NCBI GenBank assembly: GCA_000182565.2
Contig: KQ257459.1
Strand: one strand, 5' to 3'
DNA length: 64,000 bases
Source: Spizellomyces punctatus DAOM BR117
Lineage: Eukaryota
Below the pieces are notes generated by a model. It did not search any database, was not told the DNA's origin, and was given only the letters and a program-made list of their open reading frames with translations. Shown here one piece after another: positions 22,985 to 38,815 of this stretch. Made by a program: the position numbers and the translations under genes. Positions within the stretch are counted from its first letter, which is position 1; the number at the start of each line of letters is the position of its first letter.

Positions 22985-23965
22985 TCATTTAAGTTTCAAA
23001 CCAGTTCCAGCGCGGCGTGCGCGGCGAACGAGGCGGGCGGCAGCGGTTGTGGTTGGTACGGGGGCAGCTTCAGCAGTTGATGTAGCGGTAGAGCTGGGAG
23101 CAGGGACCGAGCCAGTAGGAGCAGGAGCAGGCGCTGCTGTGGAACCGGTGGATGCGGGAAGAGTAGCGGGTGTACCAGCTCCAGAACCTCCGCCGACAGT
23201 GACTTCAACATCGACACAGTTTTCATCTGTAACATACAAATCGCGAGTTAACATGTTGGATCTGAACAATGTCAACGTGAACATCAATCTGGAAACTTAC
23301 AGTGCTCAGGGTTGGTGACGCCCAAATGCCAACCCTCCCAGTACCACCTCAGGATGCACCGTTTGCAGGTAATTTTATCCGCATTTTCAACGGTAAAGGT
23401 CCATGTCGAGAGACACATATCATCGGTTATCAATCCTGCTGGAATATCACCAGGACATGCTGACGAGGCGGCCGCCTTGACATCACCGGTAGAGTGCTGG
23501 TTGATGGGCGGCACGGCGCAACCCTGTGCCTGCCACAGGTTGACAATGACAGCGCCGGTGCCGGGGGCGGGGTTCGCAGGATCAATAATTTCAATACTGC
23601 AAGGACCAATGTGGGCGGCTCCGGTGGACATGGCCAAGGTCACTGTGAAGGGCTCGCCGTTGGTGAGTGTGATGGGTACAATGGGACCAGGAGGAGCATT
23701 GCGGCAAAAGGTAGAGTTGCCCGGTGTGGGACTACGAAGACTGTCGATATCTAAAAAGAATTGCCAAAATGTTTATTCAATAAAATCAAGATCGATCGCG
23801 CTCATGACAAACATTGCATTACATACCAATATTGATAGCACCGTAATTCCTAACGGTGCCCCTCTCGCCGGCACCAATGACACCAGGACCCACAAGGAAT
23901 CCATGTCCAGCGACTGTCGAAATGAAGGTAGCAGCCAATGCGGCAACAGACAAGATAGATTTCAT
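22985..23965 (-). CDS. Secreted His-brace copper protein, putative LPMO (AA17-like motifs), 3 exons
   Basis: Signal peptide MKSILSVAALAATFISTVAG is followed directly by His (HGFL); then AHIGPCSIEII and CILRWYWEGWH...PEHYENCVDV. Introns 23826-23751 and 23300-23227; S/T/P/A-rich tail. Confidence 0.85.
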
Positions 23966-26241
23966 GATGTGCAAGTGGTTGTTAAAAATATGTGATAGAT
24001 GTGGAATGATAAAATATGCAAAAGGGTGCAATCAACAAAAAGGATGATAAGTGCCCCCACAGGAGAAGGACCCAAACCCGATGAAAGGTGGAAGGAATTT
24101 GCTGTTAATGGATAAACTGACCACACGGAGAAGGAGGAGGGGAAGGAATGGATCCCCCCCTATTTATCTTTTTTCTTGCTTTTGGTCTCTGGCTTCCGTT
24201 CTGCCATTTACGTCTCCCGTTTACAGCTTTTTTGGAGGAAGAAAATGACATGTTTGTCCAGCAGTGGCTGGCAGAATGCTCTCGTAGGTGAAGTCACAAT
24301 GCCGATTTCCTCGATTTCCTAAAAGTTCCTTTTGGGTTCAGAAACGACATCAGAATGAGGACGACGAGGCTATCAAATTTTGTTTGGCTCGCCTCTGATT
24401 GTTAGTTGCTCGGGTAAAGAAGATGCAATGCCCCAAAAAACGTTGTTGTTTCTCAATGTTCCACTGGGCCATCCAACCCAGCATCATCGATGACATACAA
24501 ACTGCAACACACAACACATGTGGAAATGACAGCATGGCAGAAATTTTAGTTCTTGCTGTTCCTTTTGTACAAATGTGTATTCCATGCCGTTGCAAAGCAT
24601 TTTAACGTCGCTGTGGTTGTTTGTTGCAACGGTTGCTTTTGCTGCGCATTTCACACTTACGAACACGTGTTCACGATGGTCTCTAAATGACGTGATCAAG
24701 ACCGCAAGTGTTCCTTTTTTTTTGATCTCTTTTGCTCGCAGTTGCCCCTCGCATTTGCCGAAAACGGTTTAGAGTTTCTTTTTTTTGCAAATGAACAACA
24801 GCGACAATGTTGACAATGGCGACGCAAGGAAAATGAATGCGGAATCAGTCGAGGGGTTGGACGAACACTAGCATGCCTATGGCACACACACAGAGAGACA
24901 AGGCTCAGTTTTATTGAACCTGTGGTGGTGGAGGAGGAAAAGGAAGAGGAGGAGGAGGAGGGAAGGGGGAGAGGGGAACAGCAGGCCCTCCTTCCAGCGC
25001 AACATGCCCCCGAGGTGACTCATGCTCAACAACAACTGGCAACTCGTCAACCAACATCGTCATCTATTCTCCTCTTGCAAACTGTTCCATTCATCAAGAA
25101 TAGCCATGCATCACCACAGCCGCTTGTCTCTCCTCATTTTACAAAAGATAAATAAAAAAAGGGAGAGAAAAGCAGGGGAGGAGGAAACTCATTAATAAAG
25201 TAAACAATCAGTACACTACATGTGCAAAAATCCCTTTCTTTAAAGGATCAATTAGACTCCTTTGTACAAAAATCCGTACGACAAAATGCAAGGAGAAAAT
25301 ACGCCAGAGCCGTGTGATATGTCCCCTGGCAACCTATTTGTGCTCACTGCGCACACACCCCCCATTTTCTTGTTATTTGGGGTTTCTTGAAAAGAGGTGT
25401 GTTGGAAATTTCCTATAAATTCAGGCCATTCCGGCCATTTCCCTCTCTTCCCGATATCACCTTCTTTTGCTTTGTTTGTCTCTCGCTCCCTGCTATGGAT
25501 GTTACCGCTCATTCGCTCCTGAGTTTGTCTGCATTTCTCGCTAAAATGATAATGCAAATGAAATACAGACATAACTTGGTTCGTTTGAATGGTAGCCTCT
25601 AGGCAGGGTCAGCAGAGCAAAAAGTTTTAGCAGCGCTTGTTGTTCTGTTTTGGACATTGGCTTTCAGGATTCTTTACCCTCGTCAGTACCGAGTTCGTCG
25701 TTGTCATTGCCGTATTGGATTTTTGATCAAGGACAACCACGTAACTTGGTATTTTGGAGAGTGGTAGAGTTTTCGGAATCTTTTTTGTCAGACTTGGGTC
25801 TTTGGCTGTGTCCTGCATTTGACATTGCAGTATCACAGTGAATGATGGGCTGATCTTTGAATCGCCAACTGTGCAAATTGTTGTTCACCCGCAGTAGGTC
25901 CTATGACCTCTCTCACCTTGTCCTTTCTTGACCGCTCTTCCAGCCATTTTGTTTCCTATGCCAGAACTATAGGTACCCTATCCATTTCAAAATTGTTTTC
26001 AACGAAGGTGGGCCCATCATCTAGGTGATAACGACGAGAATATGATGAACCCTACTGCCCGAGGTCTAGATAAAGTGACAAGGTGAGAGGGTAGGTAGAC
26101 AGACATCTTCGATCCTTAATAATTGACAATCTCGAATTGAGCCCTCCTAGAGTCCCTCCATATATTTCACAAGTACGTAAATATACAAATCTTTCTACAT
26201 GTTCTGCTGACATTCGTCGGGTTTAGACTATATTCAAGACC

Positions 26242-29200
26242 CTACTCCATATTAGCCATATTACTAATCAGCTTTTCAACTTCCTTTACAGTTTCCACAT
26301 AATATGCAGCCTCAGTCTGTTTCTTGCCAACCGTTGCCGTGATCAGAGAGTCGTTACCCTCAAATTCATGCTGAAGGAACTGGAAGACCACTTCATCTGT
26401 TTTCCCATCTCCCACACAGAGGCAGTAATCCGTATCTTTTGGAGCTCCGAGATCTTTGAGGATTGCCCTTGCTGCCGTCGCCTTGTCCACCATAGACGGA
26501 CGCAATTCAAGGGTTTTATTTCCCAAGATAATCTATCAATATCCGATAAAAATGAATCGCTTTCAGTGACTGCCGTATTTCATGCATTGAAACTGTGCAC
26601 CAGCTTACCGAGACAGCCATGTGAGACAATATCTTTTCAAGATTAACTTGCAACTCTGCAGACTGCCAGCTGCCAAACTCGGGATCAGCGTTTCTGTAGT
26701 GCCATGTGAGATTAATCTCCTTCTCTTCAATGAAACTCCCTGGTGTGCGTTCCGTGTAGTGTTGGAACAATGGCCGGATTGTGTCGCGCCATGACGAGTC
26801 TACTTGGTCCACCAATGCGAGCCACCCATTGTTTGCCCGTCGTCGAAAGATTTCAACTCCCTTGCTGGTAGGCTTTCCACTGGAATCAGACGTACCGGCA
26901 GCCGTGTCGCTCTCTTCAGCTGGGATCTCATTGAACCCTTCATCCACATCAGCCTCGGGGTCCCCGAAAGCCTCTCCAAGTTTTTGAGGATGACGGTAGA
27001 AGCAACCATGCTCAGCTGAAAGTCCTACTCCTGTTTCCGAGAACCATAGGTCCAAATGCATGCGAGAGCGCCCAGATAGAATATACACAAATACATCTGG
27101 CCGCGATGATAAGCGCTTGAGTGCGTCGAGTACTGCAGAAGAAGGTTTGGCAAACTCTGGAAGCTTGTGCGTAGTGGTGAGAGTTCCGTCATAATCGAGA
27201 AAGATGATCTGCAAAATTGCAAGTCAATACAAGAGCCCTGTGCATTGTGCCATTTCAAAGAGATGCACCTTTTTCTTTTGCGATTTGCTGAATCGCGATA
27301 GCACCACATCGAATGGTAGCTTCGGCAACTTTTGAGGATCATACTGCTCGGAAACACGCTACGGCAGATGAGGCGGTAAGCTAGATGCCTCATATGTATT
27401 ATAACAGCGATTGCGGCGAGTCCTACCTGTAATTCCTTGACGAACGTCAACCCCCAGTAGGCCGCCGTATACTTTGTAACGTAGCGATATAGCTTTTGAT
27501 GATTTGCCTTTCGCACATCATCTGGCATTGTCACAGCATCATGGATAGCTTGAGCCAACTCCTCAGTGTTCCATGGGTTCACAATGATTGAGCCTACAGC
27601 ACATACTGTTACTACTGGATTCAATGCTAATATTACATAGCTTTCAAACTCACCGTTCAAGGATTGCGCCGCTCCGGCAAACTCACTTAGAATGAGCACA
27701 CCATGTCGGTCCTGCTGCGACACGATGTATTCGTAAGATACCTATAAAGCGCCATCAACAAGTCAGTCACTGGATGTTAAAAGTGTTGTTCCATCAATAC
27801 AGACCAAGTTCATGCCATCTCTTGTCGATGATACAAGACATGCATCCGCCACTGCGTACAACGATACCAACTCGTCAAACGGAACAGACTTGTGCATAAA
27901 GTGTATGGGAGCGTATTCAACAGTTCCAAAACGGCCATTGATTCGTCCAACGAGTTCGTTCACCACTCTTTGCAGATGCTGGTATTCTTCGACATCCTGC
28001 CGTGAAGGAACCGCTACCTGCACAAGAACGACCTGCATACAACGGCGAATAGAGTGCATTATTACGCAAGTCATTGCAGGCTGTCGTGTGCAGGAAATAC
28101 CTTTTCAATCCACTCGGGATGCTTTGATAAGAACAGTTCGAGTGCATGCAACTTTTGAGGAACCCCTTTGATGTAATCCAATCGATCAACTCCTACAATC
28201 AGCTTTACGCCCTTGAATTTTTCCTGAAGTCGCTTGATCCGTGATTGGATATGCTCAGTTTGTAGTCCCTACCGGATAGAACCTGCATCAGAAAGAAGCT
28301 CATCCCCATCGGTCAGTGAGCAGCACTTTTACCTGCGCAAATTTTTCCGTGTCAATTCCGATAGGAAAAGTCCCCACATGTACTACGCGGCCCTCAAACT
28401 CTACGCCATTTGGCATGGTATGCAGTCCAAGAATACGCGTGCAAGAGCTGAGGAAATGCCGTGCATAATCGTATGTATGGAATCCAATCAAGTCACAGTT
28501 GAGGACTCCAAGAAGGATTTGCTTCCGCACTGGTAAGATTCTTCATGGGCGTTAGATAGATGATTTAGAAGTATACACACGTATATAAACACACCGGTAG
28601 ATCTCGCTGGACGGAAAAGGCGTATGTAGGAAAAACCCAATCTTCACATTTTTGCGCCTCTTTTCAATGAGTTGCTCTCGCAACATCGTTGGCAACAACA
28701 TTAGATGGTAGTCCTGCACCCATATAATGTCGCCATCCTCGACCATGTCCGCCACTGCGTCCGCAAATGCGCGGTTGACCTTTTGATAGGCATCCCAGTG
28801 ATCTTCGTTAAAGTTTATTTCCCCGGGATGGTAATGGAAAAGAGGCCACAAGATACTAATGAGAAGAAACTCGTAAGAGAAGTTCCAAAGAAAGGATAAT
28901 ACACCAATATGAACCTGTTAGAGAAGCCGTTGTAGTGCATATCGGCCAATTCATCACTGACAAACACAGGTACGCATGAATGTTGCTCAATGAGTTGTTT
29001 CTTCATACTATCCTGTTGATCACGGATAACATCAAGACCTATAAAGTTCGGGAAGCATGTCAGATCCAGGCAAATATTGACTAAACAAACTAGTCACCTA
29101 CCGGGCCATCCAATCCACGTAAACTTCATCTCCTTCTTCAGACCAGATAATGCTGAAACCAGACCACCAGAGCTCATCGCAAAATTCCATCCTTCATCCT

Positions 29201-29306
29201 TCTTGGTAATCGTCACAGGCAGACGGTTTGACACAACAATAAGGCGCGACATTTCTCCTGACGCCGAGACGGGTGAAGATGGAGATTTGTCGGATGCAGC
29301 CATCAT
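26242..29306 (-). CDS. TPS1: Bifunctional trehalose-6-phosphate synthase/phosphatase (GT20 + HAD)
   Basis: GT20 motifs VVSNRLP, SSGGLVSAL, HYNGFSN, WPLFHY, QDYHL, HTPFPSSEIYR, GVDRLDYIKG, RDGMNLVSYEY. HAD motifs FLDYDGTL, ILSGR, VDKATA, GDGKTDE. Confidence 0.93.
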
Positions 29307-29630
29307 TGGTTTCACCAAGAATGTGGTACTTGTTTAAGCGTACTTGGCAAAGTTCCAGTATGTTTATAGTCGGTGCACTGGACCCTGCCGCTCTTGAATA
29401 AGGGAAGGAAAGGGTGCTTGTCTCGTCTATCTCTTGAAAACGAAATAGCACACTCGCAAATGTAAAAAGGCTGTCAAGACTGCTGAAATTGAAATATCCC
29501 AAACTGAGAGGATATCAGCGATACTCTAGCAAAATTCCGTCGTTGCACACTATATTTCACCTCAAGAAGCAGCAGGCAAAAGATGTTTCGTTGCCGTTAA
29601 GGTACAGAAGGAGTTGGAAAGATGGAGAAC

Positions 29631-29638
29631 TGACGTCA
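29631..29638. promoter_or_regulatory. CRE/ATF site TGACGTCA (plus E-box CACGTG at 29674-29679) in the TPS/prolidase divergent promoter
   Basis: Exact palindromic consensus 325 bp upstream of the TPS ATG. Confidence 0.35.
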
Positions 29639-30379
29639 ACACGCGGTTTGCCCAAATGCAATCCAGTGAGAATCACGTGCGCCCATCAAGCCACGAAGAG
29701 CGAAATTGCGTTTCGAAACTCGCTGGATGCATTCGCGGGTTCGGCCAGACTTTTGAGCAGAAGAGCACTCAGATCACCGAATGGTAAACGATGGAGAGCG
29801 CCCACTATATCGTTCACTATTTCCATCCTCGTTCATGTTTTCGGTGTGGTGCCTGCCTCACAAATCTCTTCAAAGACTACAATTATGATCTGATTTGATC
29901 AGATCTGAACAGTTTTTGTGGATGGGCTTGCATATATGCAGCTCAACCGATTGTCCTGGATTACCGCATATGTGGGGGGGGCATCATTTCAATGCCCGCT
30001 CGATGTACATCAGATACTGACTTGATAGCAAGGATTTCGATAGTATTGGCAGGCATTTACCTGTGCGGTTTTGCACAAGCAATGCATTGTTTGGGATGCT
30101 ATGAACGAAAGGACAGTCGCTAGCATTAATTGAATATAACACCTTTTTTCTCCAGCTCACGGATTTGCTTGGTTCTGCTCTTTCAAAAAGGCAGGTATCT
30201 TTTTGAGCAATATCCAATCTTGCAGGATTTCGAGTTGAGTGAACTTGCCACGGTGAGCTACAACACCCTGTCCGCGCAGTGGCACAGCCATCCATGCGTC
30301 AGTCAACGCCTCAACTTACCCCACACCTCCCGCTTTGGTGTACTCATCCTCAACTTGAACTCTGATCTATCCCTTCATC

Positions 30380-31965
30380 ATGTCCTCAACATACGGTCAA
30401 CAATGCGCATCAACAAATCGCCAGAAACTGCTGCGAAATCTTCAAGCAGCCGGTGTTAGCGGCGTGGTCTATCTTCGGGGCATGGAAACAACCGAACGAA
30501 AATGGACTGACGCTGAAATGCCCTTCAGACAGGAAAGCAATTTCTTTTACCTTACAGGTGCCACGGAAGCAGACTGTCACTTCATCCTTGACATTGGCAC
30601 GAGTGAGAACCATCTGTTTATTCCCAAGTATGGAGAGGACTATGCCTTGTGGTGTGGCAATCCTCCGACTGTTGCGGATGTGAAGGCTAAATACGGAGTA
30701 GACCACGCTGGGACTGCCGAGGATATTTTGAGGGTATTAGAGAAGCTGAATCCGGGAAAGGTTCATATCCTTGACCAAGAGCAGAATCTGAGTGCTCTGG
30801 GAGACTGGAAAGGAAAGGCGGACAAGGGTTCTTTGAAAAAGTAAGTTGAAAGTGTGGTTGAACGTCAAAGCTCGCACGCAATAGATCTGATCAGCTTGTC
30901 GGCCTATCCCACAGAGCCATAATTGATGCACGCGTCATCAAAAGCGAAGCCGAAATTGCATTAATGCGGAAAGCTGCCAAAATCAGCGGGGACGCCCACA
31001 TTGCATTGATGAAAGCCGTTCGACCTGGAAAGGACACCGAACGTCAACTCCATGCGTTATTCGAATACGAATGCTTCCGCAACGGGTAGGCTCTCGTCAT
31101 GATGTAATGAGGGCAGGCTTGTAACCTCCTAATCTCGTCTTATATGTACCTTTTTAGTGGCCGCTTCCAAGCGTATACACCAATTGTTGCATCAGGCCGA
31201 AATGGGAGCGTCCTCCACTACGTCAATAATACTGACCCTGTCACCTCTGAGAAGAGAGATATGCTTTTGGTGGATGCTGCTTGCGAGTACGAATGCTACG
31301 CTGCGGATATCACCAGGACGTACCCTGTCGGAGGCAAGTTTGAAGGAGATTGGAAGACTACATATGAGATTTGTTTAGACATGCAAAAGGTATGCTCGCT
31401 TCTCGTACTCGGCACAGGGTAGGATGTTACTCAGATTACTCGGTTACAGGCCGTGTTGCGGGCTATCAAAGCCGGAGTGGAATGGGAAGACATGCACCGT
31501 CTGGCGAATAAAGTCGCCGCGGAAGGCCTCTTAAAAGCGGGCATCGCCAAAGGCACACTCGAGGACCTCCTTGGCAACCACATTCCAAACATCTTTTTTC
31601 CACACGGCCTGGGGCACCTTATTGGCCTTGACGTTCACGACGTTGGAGGTTACCCCGAAGGCGTGTCGCGCATCCCAGAACCTGGCCTACGGTACCTTCG
31701 TATGCGCCGAAAGTTGGAAGCAGGCATGGTAGTCACCGTGGAACCAGGGATCTATTTCGTTGATCCCATACTGGATGCTGCCCTGGCCAACCCTACTCAA
31801 CGACAATTTTTGAACGTGGAGGTGTTGGAGAGGTTTAGGCGGAATGTTGGAGGTGTGAGGATTGAGGATGATGTTGTAGTTACAGAGGATGGAATTGAGA
31901 ATCTGACGGGATGGGTGCCAAAGGAGATAGCGGATATCGAAGCCGTTATGGCTGGAGCGAAATGA
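30380..31965 (+). CDS. pepP: Xaa-Pro aminopeptidase/prolidase (M24B)
   Basis: [20 protein letters not shown]...[13 protein letters not shown]...[44 protein letters not shown]. Confidence 0.95.
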
Positions 31966-32908
31966 AGATTTTGATATATTTCGACAACGGCAGTTTAGAA
32001 TCTCACAATGCTTAACCAGCAATTTGAATGCATGAGTGGTGACCTATTACGCATTACTGCGATTTCTATGTCTAGAGAGGATATCAAGTCTAGAGTTGGG
32101 TTTCCTTACCGGTAGATGATCAATAATGTACTTAGATAGGGACGTGCCATAATAGCGCATTCATCTTTGAACACTCTTTTGAAGTGTTTGAGGCTACTTT
32201 TGTGCCGCCCACTTGAGGACCCACCAAATTATCTTCGTACCGTTCATATCGCTGGGTTCTAACTACATTCTTCTGTGAGAGTACCCTTTTATTGAGAAAA
32301 GCTATTAAATTTGAGACTTCACATGAGGTTTGTCCCATCGTGTCCGTTTCTGATCTCGGCGGACTAGGTAGCTGTCGCGGCTTTTTCAAAAAGTTTCTGG
32401 TCAAAGACCAAACTTGCAACTGAGTGCACTTTCGAGAGCTGTCCTCAGCCAACCCTATTTTCACATAACTTACGTTTATGTCATCAAGACCTGGAATACA
32501 TGCAGTTGAACCCTGCAGTCTCACCATTTAGACATCATGCAGGACTGTGATGCATTAGAAACCTATTATACTGGGACCTGGACACATGGATAAAGGATAA
32601 AGGACTAAAAAGAAAATGTCCGAAGGAAACTTGGTCTCTGCCTAAATTTGTTGCAAGATCAGTGTCGTGGTCGATGAGGGATCATCCCTAAATCTGTAGG
32701 GTATGCTTGATCGCAATCAGATGGCCCCATTTAACATGACAAGCAATTCTTGGACACCTTCTTTTTGCAGGTGAGCGATGCGACCGAGGTGGCGACCGAC
32801 TGCCTATCACAGTCTACACATCGAGTCTCGCTCTCTAAACTTGACCGCTGCATCCAAAGTTCACAACGTTCTGCATACCGTCTCCATTCAGATCAATTCT
32901 TTAAATAG

Positions 32909-35040
<2,132 letters not shown>

Positions 35041-35220
35041 GCCAAGTGTTAGTTTCAAAGAAGCCATGACGTTCGTTTGGACGGAGATATATGTTTATAT
35101 ATACCAGTTATGGGCATTGACCTCCTCCTTACAATCTACTCTTTCCGATCTATGTACATCCAGACTGAAGTTCAGTCAAACTATTGCTACAGATGGGCGG
35201 CGACCCGCCAACTTTGCCTA

Positions 35221-38200
35221 TCACGGTGAACTAACACCAGAAAATCGCTCTAAATAATGTGCACGCATTTTGGGGCTGCGCGCATACGCATTAAGGATTT
35301 GTTTTGCATCTACACCAGGGAATTCAGTCGTCGATGCTACCATAATACTCTAGTACAAGAACAATGCCCTACCTGTTGCTTTCACATAAATCAAGGCGTA
35401 AGCATTTGCTGTTGATCCAGTTGTATCCGAAAACACATCCGATTCGGACACCTGTAGAAGGTTGACAAAGGGACAAATCAAGCTATAAGGAACATCCTGT
35501 ACCTTGGATACGACGGAATCGTCAAACTTCAGCCATCTGTCGTTCTCCTCGTCGTAAATATATGTCCAGTAATGTCCGAAGGAGGCTTCGCCTAAGCATA
35601 GCAGTCAGAAGGGTCGTTGGAGGAGTGCAATCGAAATAGGCAAGCACGTACCAAGATGGATGAAAACAGCGTGCAGTTTGTACTCCAGCTGCTTCATGTC
35701 CGCAGACGAAGCCACCTCGCCAATATCTGTCGGCAAACCTGAGTGGAGAACACGTTACATGTTACGCTCCCAGTTCCTTGAAAACCATTTGATCTAACCA
35801 TTTTCTTCGTCGGTTAGCATCGTATCTTTTCCTGACACGCCATCGTCCTATTTTCCAGTACAATCTCAGTCTTCAGGCAGAGTTCAGTACGTACAAGCTC
35901 CTAACCTGCGTTGTTGGGTCACTGTCCCCGTCAAGCTTCGTGGAATGGTCTCCCAATACATGATCACTCCCTCTTCCTTCCCGACATTCGGCATGATATC
36001 GATCCAAATATATTGTCTTATGATATCGCAGGTAATCATTTGATTTATAGGCCTGATTCTTTTCGCGATCGTATTTTACTCGCTATAACAAGCAGTCAGC
36101 ATTCCAAGTTGGGAGAGTATTGCACTTGGAGTTGAACTTAACTCTTATCTGCACAGTCAAGACAGGAGGGGCTTCCAAAATAAACAATTCCTTCTGCGCC
36201 TCTTTTCCTTCCAGATCTACCTGATTCCGACATACGAGCCAAGTGTGAGAATCAGCCTATTTCTCAGGACTATAGAATAAAACACCTGTCCCACTCACCT
36301 GTGTCGTCTCAAAGTAGGCATCCAATGCGGTGTACAGATCTTCCTTCACCTCAACAATTAGATGACTAAACTCCTCGCTCTTATAGCTTGTATTCGGCTC
36401 TCCAGTGGGATTCGAATATCTCAAGGTTTGCTTGGTCTTGCCGAAAAATAACCTAAAGACGCTTCTGAGCAGTGCTGGAAGATTCTTGCTTCTCGATATG
36501 CTCACATACCGTTTGACAAGGTTGGTCTGCACTTCAGCTGGTACGAGCACAGTCTCCAGCAAATCCAGGATATTATCCATTGACTCTATGATGAAATGCA
36601 TAAACCCCAGCCAACATTCCAGTGGCAGTCATTTTGGCTCACCACTGATGTCTTGCTGTTGTCCAAACAAGTTCTCATTATTGAGTGCAATTTCTGCCAG
36701 TCGCTTAGGAGGTTCAACGCTTGCAGTGTCCGTCCAGATAAGGTCGGTGAAGAGGCGTTGAAGCTGCTGAACAACTGCATACAAATCAGGCTGCGTTTAC
36801 ACCGTCAGAGACTGCATTGAGGCTCACATTCAGCCGATCTTTGTCGTTTTTGCTCCTGCTCTCCGTTGAAGGTCTCAGATTTGAAATCTATGACAGCATC
36901 ACGGAGAGGTCGGATAGTGAAATATAACTGGAGATTACGGGAAAAGGGAACCATCAATCATCCGCGCGCACAAGGACCATGCAAAAAGAAACAAACCTGG
37001 AGTAGGGAGTTTAGATAACACCTGCAATGGAATTCTGGTCAGTGGATGTATAGAATGCAGAACTGGAACTTCACACTTACGTGTTTCCAATATTTTGCAT
37101 CCCCGCTGGGCTGAAAAATAATAATTAAACAGGTATCGTGGTTGGTCAATGAAGTACCGGAGGCAACTTACAGGTCCGTGACACCAATGTCCATAGGCGC
37201 CGCGTCCTGGACAAAGTGCTGGCCAGTCTCCAAGAAATGCTGAAGCACAGAACTGTCCCGGGCGATGGCAATGCTTTTGAGTGCCTCCTTAAGTTCTCGT
37301 TCTTTCTGGAGTTGATTAGTAGCCTATACTAGCTTTTAGAACGACAAAGAAGCGGTACGATGATCGAATTGGACTTACAGAGCGTGCATACGCAATTATC
37401 ACCATGTCATCCGAAGCATCTTTCACCAATCCGAACATCGCATACGCGGCTTGAACCTCAGCTTCATAAGGTATGCCTTTAGACCTCTCCACAACAACGA
37501 GTTCTTGTAAATCGTTACTATTTCGTGCCTGTGCAATTTCGGCCACCGCATGCTAAGTCGCCAAGTCTCATGTGAGCTTTCCACTATGGACCGGCAAGCA
37601 GAAGACGAGGCTTAGCATCCACAGCCTACCAGATATGTGGGTAACCCTTTTGGGTCCTCCCTTTGCAGGATTGAATACATCCATTGTATATTCTTTATGC
37701 TGGTATCGGTTGCGTCCCTGGACATGTGGCGCCGTTAGAAGGAATGGTCGGTTCCTTGATTCAAGGGGCCCTTACCTAGTAAGACCCAAAGTTTGATGAT
37801 GTTTCGTAAGGTCTCCATTTGAATCCGCATTAAGGCTTTTCAGTCGCGCCACTATGTCGGACCCTGCGTCTGCTTGAACTGAAATGTAGCCAATGAGCGA
37901 CAGTTTGCTTTCAGACCATTCACAAGATGCCAAGAGTTCGAGCGACGTACATTTACTACCGATAAGAGAGCATATCGAGACAGTAGCACAGGTGAAATTT
38001 AGCCAGTCGTCATTGGAACCTATTGTTGTTTGTCGGCGTTATGGTCCGCCAGCAAGGAAAAGGTGACTCTCAGAATGCATGGAGCAGACCTGGAGGTCCT
38101 TCTTTTTTCCATCTTTGAAACTGAACTTCTTGGTATGCAAACTGAAGTCTATTGTCACCCTCGGGTAGCTCTTGTGGTATAAAGTGTCTAGTGATAGAAT

Positions 38201-38815
38201 CGTACATGTAGCCAAGCTGGCTAAAGATGAAAGAGCTGTGGGGGCACCAGAGAAGATTAGGGAATATGAATCATGACCAGCCATCCACTTTCATTTGAGT
38301 ATCCAGTTAACGAAACGGCACCTGTGCTCATTGTATCCGATCCAACTGGAGAACGCCCTATTTTCGACATTGATGTTCCTTCGTACCTTGTTCTTGACCA
38401 TGTCCTCCAAATATTTGGAGAATATCTTTAATCCATTAAGCTGATGCCGTATCTCTTTACCGGCAAACAGCTTCTGAAGGGTTTGCAGTGGAACTATTGG
38501 CCAATTGAGTCGGCATTCTACCAGTTTGCTGCATTGGCAACAGCTCGCCACAAATTCCGTTCCACTACTCGCTTCATGCACATGGAAATGATGGCAAGGG
38601 GCATCGGTCGAAGGGCACTCTGAAGTCCCAGCAGAATTTATCACCTCCAGGTGCACCGAGCAGTCCTTGCAGATATATGACACTGCCAACGAATTAGGTG
38701 GTTCGCACCGGAAGAAATGATGAATCTGGCAAGAAGATGCAAGAACTGAACGTGAGAGTGTAAGCAACAGTAGGGTGGGCGACATGAAGCGCACGGGCGG
38801 CGAGTCGGTGGTCAT
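35221..38815 (-). CDS. UBP2: Ubiquitin-specific protease (C19), Ubp2-like
   Basis: Cys box AGMQNIGNTCYLNSLLQYYFTI; His box AVFIHLGEASFGHYWTYIY...WLKFDD...ANAYALIY; N-terminal Cys/His-rich and helical-repeat regions. Confidence 0.88.

Noticed and set aside
23312-23995. 227-aa plus-strand ORF
   Set aside because: Antisense shadow of the LPMO-like gene.
32132-32527. 131-aa minus-strand ORF between prolidase and CDKL
   Set aside because: No recognisable motifs or supporting exons; cannot be supported from sequence alone.
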